Positions 55,889 through 64,000 of a stretch of DNA of 64,000 bases are shown piece after piece. The position numbers and the translations under genes are program-made. Source of the DNA: Candidatus Fervidifonticultor secundus (GTDB lineage: Bacteria > Sysuimicrobiota > Sysuimicrobiia > Sysuimicrobiales > Humicultoraceae); assembly GCA_031459385.1 (NCBI GenBank), contig JAVKIP010000006.1, positions 32,001 through 96,000 of the forward strand, read 5' to 3'. The first letter of the stretch is position 1. Every line of letters begins with the position of its first letter. Under the pieces are notes generated by a model. It saw only the letters and a list, made by a program, of their open reading frames with translations, had not been told where the DNA came from and did not search any database.

Positions 55889-57256
55889 TCAGAGGAACGC
55901 GCCGCGCGCGCGCAGCGCCTCCCGCAGTGCCTGCACGTCGATGCCGCGCGGCGTCGTCCCCTGCCGGACGGCGATCGCTGCCGCGATTCCCGCCGCCTGC
56001 GCGATGGCCATGACGATCGCCGAGACCCGGAACGCCGCGGCGGCCTCGTGGGTGGCCGAGATGCACCTGCCGGCCACCAGCCAGTTCTGGCCGCCGCGCG
56101 GCAGCAGGCACCGGTAGGGAATCGTATAGTACTCGCCGTCGGGCAGGCGGCGGGCGACCAGACGCAGCGAGGCCGGATCGTGGATGTCGATCGGGTAGGC
56201 CCCGCAGGCGACGGCGTCATCGAACTTGCGGGCACCCAGCACGTCGTCGGCGGTCAGCACGTAGTCGCCCAGCACCCGCCGGGTCTCGCGCACGCCGATC
56301 TGCGCCGGCGTCTCCAGCAGGTAGGCGGCGGCGAAGCCGGGCACGTGCCGGCGGAGGAACTCCGCCACGAAGTACGCCTGCTGTCGGCCTTCCACCTCGG
56401 CGCGGGCCAGGTCGGCGCCCACGACGCCCACCCGGTCGAGCACGCGCGTGGTGTTCACCACGGCCTCGCCGGGGCGCACGCCCTCGAAGACCAGCAGCCG
56501 GTCGCGGGGGATCGTCCACTCGCCGCGCGCGCGCGCCGCGCTGACCAGCCCCCCGAAGCCCGCGAAGCCGCGCGACGGCAGCCGCCGCAGCCAGCCGACG
56601 TCGATGCGCTCGTGGATCCCCTGGCCGTGCTGGACGTCGTCGGGGTGCGCCGCCAGGTGGTCCATCACCTCCTCCCAGTCCACGCCGCCCAGGCGCATCA
56701 TGAGGGTCATGGGCTGGGGCCGCCCGTCGGCGGGCCGGCCGATCTCGAACGGCGCGCCGGCCGCCACCGACAGGTCGCCGTCGCCCGAGGCGTCGACGAA
56801 CACCGGCGCGCGCAGGGTCTTGATCCCGTCTTTCTGCCAGACGCGCACGCGCTCCACGACGCCGTCGCCCGCGGCCGCCTCCAGGAACACCGTGTGCAGC
56901 CAGAGGTCCACGTCGGCGGCGACCGCCATCTCCAGCAGCACGCGCTTGAGGCCCTCGTAGTCGAAGGGCGTGATGGACGCGCAGAAGTCGATGGGGTCGG
57001 GCACGTGCCCGGGCGAGGCGCCCAGGGCCTGCAGGCGCTCGACGATCTCCTGCGGGAGGCCGCGGACGACCTGCTGCCCGCCGGCGTGGAAGCCCATCAT
57101 CGGCGCCACCATCGCGGCGGTCAGCGTGCCGCCCAGGAAGCCGTAGCGCTCCACGCAGACCACCCGGGCGCCCTCGCGCGCCGCGGCGATGCTCGCCACT
57201 GACCCGGCCGGGCCGCCCCCGACCACCACGACGTCGTAGCGCGCCTCGCCGGTCAC
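55889..57256 (-). CDS. FAD-dependent oxidoreductase (FAD_oxidored family)
   Basis: VVGGGPAG, LGG, DASGDGD, GVRETRR, IDIH, IPYRCL, AGRCIS. Confidence 0.9.
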   Translation of the reverse strand: MTGEARYDVVVVGGGPAGSVASIAAAREGARVVCVERYGFLGGTLTAAMVAPMMGFHAGGQQVVRGLPQEIVERLQALGASPGHVPDPIDFCASITPFDYEGLKRVLLEMAVAADVDLWLHTVFLEAAAGDGVVERVRVWQKDGIKTLRAPVFVDASGDGDLSVAAGAPFEIGRPADGRPQPMTLMMRLGGVDWEEVMDHLAAHPDDVQHGQGIHERIDVGWLRRLPSRGFAGFGGLVSAARARGEWTIPRDRLLVFEGVRPGEAVVNTTRVLDRVGVVGADLARAEVEGRQQAYFVAEFLRRHVPGFAAAYLLETPAQIGVRETRRVLGDYVLTADDVLGARKFDDAVACGAYPIDIHDPASLRLVARRLPDGEYYTIPYRCLLPRGGQNWLVAGRCISATHEAAAAFRVSAIVMAIAQAAGIAAAIAVRQGTTPRGIDVQALREALRARGAFL

Positions 57257-58761
57257 AGCGCGGCCAGCTCCTCGGGAAGCTCCACGTGGATCTCGAAGAG
57301 CCGGTCCCAGGGAAACGCCAGGCCCCGCAGCGCCGGGCCACCGAAGATGCGCTCGATGGGGGGCAGCACCTTCTCGTGGAACCGCCGCAGGGCCGCTTCG
57401 CGCACCGCGCCGGTCGCCGGGCCAAGGTGGCCGCTGTCGGCGCCGAGGTGTGGGAGCACCTCGCGCGCCAGGTAAGGCCGGACGACGGCCTGGTAGCCCC
57501 AGTCGTCCAGCAGGCGGCGCAGCAGGTAGCGCCGGCGGATCTCGCGGTAGCGGGTCGGGCTCAGGCGCGCGCGCGCGTGGTAGCTCAGCACCAGGTGGGC
57601 CACCACGGTGCCCAGGCTGTTGCTGCAGGTGTTCCACCCGGCGTAGCCGGAGAGGCCGGCGAAGTCGTCCCGGACCAGCAGCGCGTTGACCAGGGCGTCG
57701 TCCGCCCCGTTGGCGAAGCGCACGTCGGCGCACCCGCACAGGATCCCGCGCCCGGCGGTCTCGGCCAGCGCGGTCGCCACGGTCCGCACCGGTGCCGGGG
57801 GGGCCCCGCGCTGGTCGATCGCCTCGCGCTGCTGCGCGCCCGCGAAGTTGTGCACCCACAGCACCGCCTCGATCCCCTCCTCGGCCACGGGGCAGCCGGC
57901 GGCGTCCAGATGCGCCATGACCGTCTCCTCCAGCGGCGCGGGCTCGTAGCGCGGAATGCTGCGCCGCGCCTCGGGGAAGGTGTACCGCACGGCCACGCGC
58001 GGCGCGCGCCCGGCGACGTCGTTAGCCAGGCGCGCCAGGAGCCGCGCGTTGAGCTCGTCGGCGCCCGCCGAGATGTGCACGCGTCCGGCGCCCAGGCGCG
58101 CGCGCAGCCGGCGCAGCACGGCCAGGTCGGCGCGCGGCAACCCGTAGGGCTCGGCGTCGTCCTGGCCGATCAGCAGCGCCCGCAGCGCGCCCTGGGCGGC
58201 CAGCAGCATCAGCTCGATGTTGAGTAGCAGCTGGCGGCGGCGGCGGCGGAGCATATCGTCGACCACCTGGGCGGGGACCGCATCGAGCGCGCGCAGCGCG
58301 TCGCGGACCTTCCCCTCGTCGCCCGACTGCTCGCCGGCGTCCAGCCGGCTGGAGTACAGCCGCAGCGCGTCGCCGTGCGGCCCCCAGTAGGCGGGCTCCT
58401 CGTCGGCACCGCCGGCCGGGATGCGCGGGTTCACGGCGCTGAGGTACGTCGCCACCCGGCCAGCTAGGCGCACCAGCCGATCCAGCCGTGCCCACAGCAC
58501 GTCCAGCGGATCGACCGAGAGGCGCGACGCCACCAGCCCGCCGTGCAGGAGGACCTCGGCGGAGGCGATCAGCGCATCCGCCGACGCCGCTTCCCGCTCG
58601 ACCCAGCGCCACAGCCCGTCCAGGTCGGCGGGCTGCCGGCGGTGCCCCAGCAGGGCGCGCGGCGGCGTCGCCCACCCGTCGCCCAGCAGCGGGAGCAGGT
58701 CGAGCACCGTTTCCCGGGTCGCGGGGCGGGCGTCGAGCGGCACAAAAAGCAGGCGCTTCAC
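57253..58761 (-). CDS. DUF4127 family protein
   Basis: VPLDARP, GGLVASR, IGQDD, GADE, ADV..ANGAD, YAGWNT.SN.LG, DDWGYQA, FPWDRLFE. Confidence 0.8.
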   Translation of the reverse strand: MKRLLFVPLDARPATRETVLDLLPLLGDGWATPPRALLGHRRQPADLDGLWRWVEREAASADALIASAEVLLHGGLVASRLSVDPLDVLWARLDRLVRLAGRVATYLSAVNPRIPAGGADEEPAYWGPHGDALRLYSSRLDAGEQSGDEGKVRDALRALDAVPAQVVDDMLRRRRRQLLLNIELMLLAAQGALRALLIGQDDAEPYGLPRADLAVLRRLRARLGAGRVHISAGADELNARLLARLANDVAGRAPRVAVRYTFPEARRSIPRYEPAPLEETVMAHLDAAGCPVAEEGIEAVLWVHNFAGAQQREAIDQRGAPPAPVRTVATALAETAGRGILCGCADVRFANGADDALVNALLVRDDFAGLSGYAGWNTCSNSLGTVVAHLVLSYHARARLSPTRYREIRRRYLLRRLLDDWGYQAVVRPYLAREVLPHLGADSGHLGPATGAVREAALRRFHEKVLPPIERIFGGPALRGLAFPWDRLFEIHVELPEELAAL

Positions 58762-59590
58762 CGCACCGCCCCCGCCAGCAGTCCCCGCACGAAGTACCGC
58801 TGCGTGAGCACGAACACGACCACGATCGGCAGCGTCATCAGCACGGCGCCGGCGGCCACCGCGCGCGTGCTGTGCGCGAACAGGCCCGAGAGGTACAGCA
58901 GCCCGACGGCCAGCGGGTACTTCTCGGGCGACTTGAGCACGACGAGCGGCCAGAGGAACGAGTTCCACACCGCCACGAACTCGAAGAGCGCCAGCGCTCC
59001 CAGCGCCGGCCGGATCCCGGGCAGCATCACGCGCTGCCAGATCGTCCACTCGGAGGCCCCGTCCAGGCGCGCGGCGTCTTCCAGTTCGGCGGGCACCGCC
59101 AGGAACGCCTGCCGCAGCAGGAGGATGCCGAAGACGCTCACCGCGCCGGGCAGCACCACGCCCGCGTAGGTGTCCACCAGGCGCAGGTGCAGCAGCGTGA
59201 CGAAGTTGACGATCAGGCCGATGTGCCCGGGGAGCATCAGCGTCGCCAGCAGCAGCCCGGTGACCACCCGGCGCCCCGGGAACTCCATGCGCGCCAGGGG
59301 GTAGGCGGCCATGGCGCACAGCGTCACCTGCAGCGCCACCCCTGCCCCGACCAGCACCAGCGTGTTGGCGAAGAAGCGCGGCAGCGGCATCGTCTGCCAC
59401 ACGCCGGCGAAGTGGACCAGCGACGGCGGCCAGGGCCACAGGGCCGGCGGGAACCCGAAGACCGGGCCGCGTGCGCGCAGGGCCACGGCCAGGAGCCACA
59501 GCAGCGGAAAGGTCGTGAACACGGCCAGCGCCGCCAGCCCGGCGTACCGGACGAGCAGGCCCAGACCGACGACAGGGCGGCGGGAGGCGG
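58758..59590 (-). CDS. Carbohydrate ABC permease (5' end uncertain)
   Basis: ELEDAARLDGA, WNSFLWPL, QRYFVRG; frame open upstream of GTG 59522 and encodes a TM helix. Confidence 0.85.
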
Positions 59591-59592
59591 CG

Positions 59593-60516
59593 TCAGTAAT
59601 ACCTCCACCCCCCGTGCCGGAAGAGGCGGAAGGTCACCGCCGAGAGAACCAGCACCGCGGCGGCCAGCACTACGCCCAGCGCGGCGGCGTAGCCCAGGTC
59701 CAGCTGCTGGAAGCCCCGGTCGAACATGTAGTAGAACATCGTGTAGGTCCGAAACATCGGCCCCCCGCCGGTCATCACGTAGATCTCCTCAAAGACTTTC
59801 AATGCCGCAATCGCGCTGATCGTAGACGCCAGCAGGATCGACGGCCGCAGCAGCGGCAGCGTGACCCACCGGAAGACCTGCCACCGGGTGGCGCCGTCGG
59901 CGGCGGCCGCTTCCTCGTACTCGGGCGGGATACCCTGGAGCCCGGCCAGGTAGATCACCATGTAGTACCCGAGGCCCTTCCACAGCGTCACGACCATGAC
60001 GGCGAAGAGCGCCAGGTCCGGATGCCCCAGCCACGCCACCGGCCGGGCGAGCAGGCCCAGACGCGTCAGGACGAAGTTCACCAGGCCGTCCTGCTCGTAG
60101 AGCCACCGCCACATCAACCCGGCCACCACCATGGAGGTGACCACGGGCAGGTAGTACGCGGCCCGGAACCAGGTGATCCCCCGCAGCGGCACGTTCACCG
60201 CCACGGCCAGTCCGATGGACAGGATCTGGAGCACGGGCACGACCAGCAGGTACTTCAGCGAGTTCCCCAGTGCGATCCAGAAGAACCGGTCGCCCGCCAG
60301 GGCCCGAAAGTGGGCGAGCCCCACGAATCGCGGCGGCGAGATCACGTCGTAGTCGAACAGCGCCAGCAGCGTGCCGACCGCCACCGGGTAGAAGGTGAAG
60401 AGCGCCAGCAGCACCAGAGCCGGCGTCAGGAACAGGTAGGCCACCACGGCCCGGCGCCAGCGCCGCGGCAGGCGCGCCCCCCGCTCTGCGGCCCCGGCCC
60501 CGCTGCGCGCCGGCAT
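59593..60516 (-). CDS. Carbohydrate ABC permease
   Basis: FVGLAHF, EEAAAADGA, MTGGGP, GYAAA. Confidence 0.92.
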   Translation of the reverse strand: MPARSGAGAAERGARLPRRWRRAVVAYLFLTPALVLLALFTFYPVAVGTLLALFDYDVISPPRFVGLAHFRALAGDRFFWIALGNSLKYLLVVPVLQILSIGLAVAVNVPLRGITWFRAAYYLPVVTSMVVAGLMWRWLYEQDGLVNFVLTRLGLLARPVAWLGHPDLALFAVMVVTLWKGLGYYMVIYLAGLQGIPPEYEEAAAADGATRWQVFRWVTLPLLRPSILLASTISAIAALKVFEEIYVMTGGGPMFRTYTMFYYMFDRGFQQLDLGYAAALGVVLAAAVLVLSAVTFRLFRHGGWRYY

Positions 60517-61523
60517 CACGGGGCCAGGACGTCGCACAGCCGCCGCAGTGACTCCACGTACCGGTAGTTGATGCCGGAGTGGTCGTCATCGAACTCGCGG
60601 TACTCGTGGGCCACGCCCAGCGCCTCCAGCCGCCGGTGCAGCGCCCGCGCGCCGAAGTGCAGGTTGTACTGGTCGCGGGTCCCGCACTCGAAGTACAGGA
60701 GCCGGAGGCGCCGCAGGGCGTCGGCGTGCGACCCGGCCATGCGCACCGGATCCCGTGCCAGCCACCGTTGCCACGTGGCGTCTACGATCTCGCCGGTGGT
60801 CGGATCGACCGGGAGATCGAAGAAGAACGGCGGCCGCGCCGGGTTGGGCGAGTAGGCCATGGCCATCGCGGCAATGTTGACCGCGGTGAGGGCCTCGGGC
60901 GTCTTCTTGGGCATCTCCAGGAACGCCCGCAGGAACGCCTCGACCCCGCCGTACTTGCCGACGGTGGCGCAGAACTTCCAGAAGTCGGGCAGGTAGCAGG
61001 CCTCAAAGAGCATGTCGCCGCTGTGCGAGGCCGCGGCGCCGAAGACGTCTGGGTGGCGCATGGCCAGCACCAGGGCGCCGTAGCCGCCGCTCGACTTGCC
61101 GTCGATGCCGCGGTGGGCCGGCGAGGGGAGCGTGCGGTAGCGCCGGTCCACGTACGCGACGAGCTCGTGCACGACGAAGTCCTCGTAGCGCCCCGTGGCC
61201 TCCGAGTTCAGGTACTGGCTGCCTCCGAACTTCGTGAACCCGTCGACCATCACCAGGATCGCCGGGGGCGCGCCGGCCGCCATGGCGCGGTCCATGCACT
61301 CCGGGAGCGACGGCACCCAGGGGTTGTAATTGATGGCTGCCAGCGCCGTGCCGGTGAAGCCGTGCAGCCAGTAGATCACCGGGTACGCCGCCTGCGTCCG
61401 GTCGTAGTCCGGCGGCAGGTAGACGGGGATGCGGCGCACGGCCGGATCGCCCAGCGGATTGCCCGCCAGCACGCGGCTCTCGATCTGCTCGACGACGAGG
61501 GTCCCGCTGCGTCCGCCGGTCAC
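60516..61523 (-). CDS. Alpha/beta-hydrolase esterase (enterochelin-esterase-like)
   Basis: VYLPPDY, YWLHG, GKSSGG (nucleophile elbow), DDDHS. Confidence 0.88.
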   Translation of the reverse strand: MTGGRSGTLVVEQIESRVLAGNPLGDPAVRRIPVYLPPDYDRTQAAYPVIYWLHGFTGTALAAINYNPWVPSLPECMDRAMAAGAPPAILVMVDGFTKFGGSQYLNSEATGRYEDFVVHELVAYVDRRYRTLPSPAHRGIDGKSSGGYGALVLAMRHPDVFGAAASHSGDMLFEACYLPDFWKFCATVGKYGGVEAFLRAFLEMPKKTPEALTAVNIAAMAMAYSPNPARPPFFFDLPVDPTTGEIVDATWQRWLARDPVRMAGSHADALRRLRLLYFECGTRDQYNLHFGARALHRRLEALGVAHEYREFDDDHSGINYRYVESLRRLCDVLAP

Positions 61524-61530
61524 GGCCGCC

Positions 61531-62772
61531 TCACAGCCGCGCGTTCCACTGCGCCACCGCCCAGTCGAGGGCCGCCTGCGGCGTGCGCCGGCCGTAGAAG
61601 GCACTCTCGATCGCCTCCCGGAACACCCGGAAGAGGTCGCCCTGGTGCGGCACCACCACGCTGAGGTCGCGGGCCAGCGGCAGGTCGGCCGCGGCCACCC
61701 TGCGCGCGAGGTCTTCGGGGCTGGGGCCGCCGCGCCGGAAGAACGGGTCGGCGGCGGCGCGCCGCGTGGACGGGAAGACCACGACCCGCTTGCCAAACGC
61801 CAGCTGGTTCTCGTCGTTGGCCACGAACAGCGCGAAGGCGACGGCTTCCCTGACGTGCCGGCTGGCCCTGGGCACCGCCAGCGTCATCGTGGCCAGGTGC
61901 AGCGTCTTCCCCCTGCCCTTCGGGTAGGGCGCCACAGCGGTCCGGGCGTAGACGTCGGGGTTGTCGGTCTTCACGCGCAGCAGGAACTGCGGACCGGTGA
62001 TGAGCATGCCGAGGCGCCCGGCGCTGTAACGCTCGGTGGCGCCCAGGTAGCCGCGGCGCAGGGTGTCTTCGGGGAAGTAGTCGCCCCGGAACAGCTCCAC
62101 GTAGCGCGCCAGGTACTGCGCGTGCGCCGCGGAGTTGAACACCGCTCGCCGCCCGTCGGCGCTGAGGATCGGCAACCCGGCCTCCTGGAAGCGGTGCAGC
62201 ATCCGCACGCCCTCGACGTTGGGCATAAACCCGTAGACGCCCGCGCGGTCCTTGATCTGGCGGGCGTGCTGGATCATGGCGTCCTCGGTCGCGGGCGGGG
62301 CGTGCGGGTCCAGGCCGGCCAGCCGGTAGATGGCGGTGTTGTAGGCGATGACGTTGGGCACCACGTACCAGGGCACCCCGTAGGTCCGGCCCCCGAGCTG
62401 CGCCGATCGCCACAGCCCCTCGAAGTAGCGCGCTCGGACCTCGGCCGGGATCGCGGCGTCCATGTCCACCAGCGCAGTCCGCTGCGCCAGCCGGATCGTC
62501 ATCTCGGTGTTGAGGTTCACGACGTCGGGCGGCACGCCGCCGGCCAGCGCCGCCAGCAGCTTCTGCTCGATGGCCTGGAACTGCACGTCGACCCACCGCA
62601 CGCGGACGCCCGGGGTCGCCCGCTCGTAGGCCGCGATCAGCCCGTGCACGTAGTCGTTGAAGAACGGCTGGAGCGCGATCGTCCAGAACTCCAGCGTCAC
62701 CGCGGGGGCTGCGGCCGGCCATCCGGTCCCCACCAGGACCAGCGCGACCAGCAGCAGCGCGATCTGCCTCAT
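61531..62772 (-). CDS. Sugar ABC substrate-binding protein
   Basis: Signal peptide, LEFWT, PPDVVNL, GVPWY, AYN. Confidence 0.88.
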   Translation of the reverse strand: MRQIALLLVALVLVGTGWPAAAPAVTLEFWTIALQPFFNDYVHGLIAAYERATPGVRVRWVDVQFQAIEQKLLAALAGGVPPDVVNLNTEMTIRLAQRTALVDMDAAIPAEVRARYFEGLWRSAQLGGRTYGVPWYVVPNVIAYNTAIYRLAGLDPHAPPATEDAMIQHARQIKDRAGVYGFMPNVEGVRMLHRFQEAGLPILSADGRRAVFNSAAHAQYLARYVELFRGDYFPEDTLRRGYLGATERYSAGRLGMLITGPQFLLRVKTDNPDVYARTAVAPYPKGRGKTLHLATMTLAVPRASRHVREAVAFALFVANDENQLAFGKRVVVFPSTRRAAADPFFRRGGPSPEDLARRVAAADLPLARDLSVVVPHQGDLFRVFREAIESAFYGRRTPQAALDWAVAQWNARL

Positions 62773-62815
62773 CTCGACGCTGGTTCGGGCGCCTGTGGGG
62801 GCAGTCCTGCCGGCA

Positions 62816-63790
62816 TCAGGCGGGCGTGGCGTCCAGCACGTGGAACGTGGCCAGGCGCCCATCGCCCAGCCGCCACTCTACTGTGATCGGATGCGCGAAC
62901 TCCGGGGCCAGGCGGCCCTGCTCGATCCAGCGGCGGCCGCGCGCGTCGCCGGCCAGCGCGGGGCCCGCGCGCACGACCAGGCGCAGGGGGCCTTCGACCA
63001 TGCGCACCTCGTCGAGCACCGCAAGCGCGCTTAGCGCGGCCTCCACCGCGGCGCGCACCGGGTCGGGCGGCGCCGGCCGGATGTTGACCAGCGCCACGTT
63101 CCGGCGCAGCGGTCCGATGATCTTCACGTTGGCCAGCTCAGCGCTCCACCCCGCCTCCGCCAGGGTCCGCAGGAGCACCTCGTTGGCCTCGGCCACCGCG
63201 CGGCCATGGTAGTCCGGGTTCACCAGCGGCTTGAGCAGGTGTTTGAGCTTGCACCCCTCGCGGCCCGGCGCCTCGCCGATGCGCGGGATCCGCAGGCCCA
63301 GCTCGTCGGCCAGCGCGCGGATCTGGGGCTTCTCGAGGTCCAGCAGCGGCGCGTAGAAGCCGCCGTGCAGCCGCAGGCCGCGCTGCCCCCAGGTGTCGCT
63401 GCGATTCGAGCCCGTCAGCACCAGCCGCCCCCGGGCGGCCGCCTGCACCAGGCCCAGCTTGATCTCGCGCGTGCAGCGGTTGCAGGCAGGCCCGGCGCGC
63501 TGCACCACGTGCTGCAGTTTCTGGCCCAGCAGGCAGCGCTGCTGCAGACCCAGCTGCGCCGCCATCTCCAGGACGATCTGGTTTCCGCGGCGGTAGCTGT
63601 ACGGGCCCATGTTGACCGTCACCAGCAGCACCGAGGGGGCGCCGAGCGCCTCCCTGGCCAGCGCCGCCACGGTCGACGAGTCCAGGCCCCCGCTGAACGC
63701 CACGACCACGGGCTTCCCCGCCGTGACCTCGCGGATCTCGGCGATGAGGCCGGCGGCGAGCGACGAGCGAATCCCCACGTCGGCAGCCAT
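62816..63790 (-). CDS. PP-loop ATP-pyrophosphatase superfamily protein (LarE/QueC-like)
   Basis: VAFSGGLDS, CNRC, TGSNRSD, PLLDLEK, EGCKLK. Confidence 0.78.
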   Translation of the reverse strand: MAADVGIRSSLAAGLIAEIREVTAGKPVVVAFSGGLDSSTVAALAREALGAPSVLLVTVNMGPYSYRRGNQIVLEMAAQLGLQQRCLLGQKLQHVVQRAGPACNRCTREIKLGLVQAAARGRLVLTGSNRSDTWGQRGLRLHGGFYAPLLDLEKPQIRALADELGLRIPRIGEAPGREGCKLKHLLKPLVNPDYHGRAVAEANEVLLRTLAEAGWSAELANVKIIGPLRRNVALVNIRPAPPDPVRAAVEAALSALAVLDEVRMVEGPLRLVVRAGPALAGDARGRRWIEQGRLAPEFAHPITVEWRLGDGRLATFHVLDATPA

Positions 63791-63890
63791 TGCGCTTCCA
63801 TTATAGGGGGCAGATGACGGTCGGCAGGAAGTCGCGGGCGCGGTCCGAAGCCAGTACCGGTGTCACATCTCGCCGGGACGGAGGTTGCCG

Positions 63891-64000
63891 ATGAGCATCG
63901 CGCCGTCGGACCAGTCGAACCGCCTGCTCGCCGCGCTGGCGTACCCGATCTGGCTGGTGGCCCTGGTCATTGTGGTCAGCGACCTCAAGAGAGACCCGTT
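63891..64000 (+). CDS. Small membrane protein (DUF4870-like), truncated by the window end
   Basis: GGAGGT RBS; MSIAPSDQSNRLLAALAYPIWLVALVIVVSDLKRDP. Confidence 0.6.
   Translation, partial: MSIAPSDQSNRLLAALAYPIWLVALVIVVSDLKRDP

Overview
High-GC bacterial chromosome segment with about 55 CDS, one tRNA-Gly(CCC) (47848-47922, minus) and no CRISPR array or rRNA. (1) 1-16300 holds metabolic and regulatory genes: glycerate kinase, MBL hydrolase, zincin, glpK, solA, a SelA-like PLP enzyme, a TPR-HTH protein divergent from an HD-GYP protein, a penicillin-acylase family enzyme, and a sugar/nucleoside ABC transporter with a nucleoside hydrolase. (2) About 16300-47850 looks like an accreted catabolic island at the tRNA 3' end. 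It carries a truncated tyrosine integrase, four gene scars (MarC, IclR, DUF47, GntR), a TctCBA plus aspartate dehydrogenase unit, an 18.5-kb co-directional transport/amidohydrolase cluster of unknown substrate, and a Dpp plus M24/URO-D/MOSC unit. (3) 48100-64000 holds a HAD hydrolase, a cyclase-STAND-TPR protein, a short GYD-like protein, EamA and an 11-kb sugar-utilisation operon (DUF4127, FAD oxidoreductase, GHMP kinase). The most unusual sequence-level observations are a 14-bp tandem repeat forming an unbroken chain of GTGA stop/start-overlapped mini-ORFs between two ABC genes (13379-13480), and an integrase reading frame that lacks its own start and stays open through the whole tRNA-Gly gene. 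All product calls come from motif recognition by eye; no searches were run.
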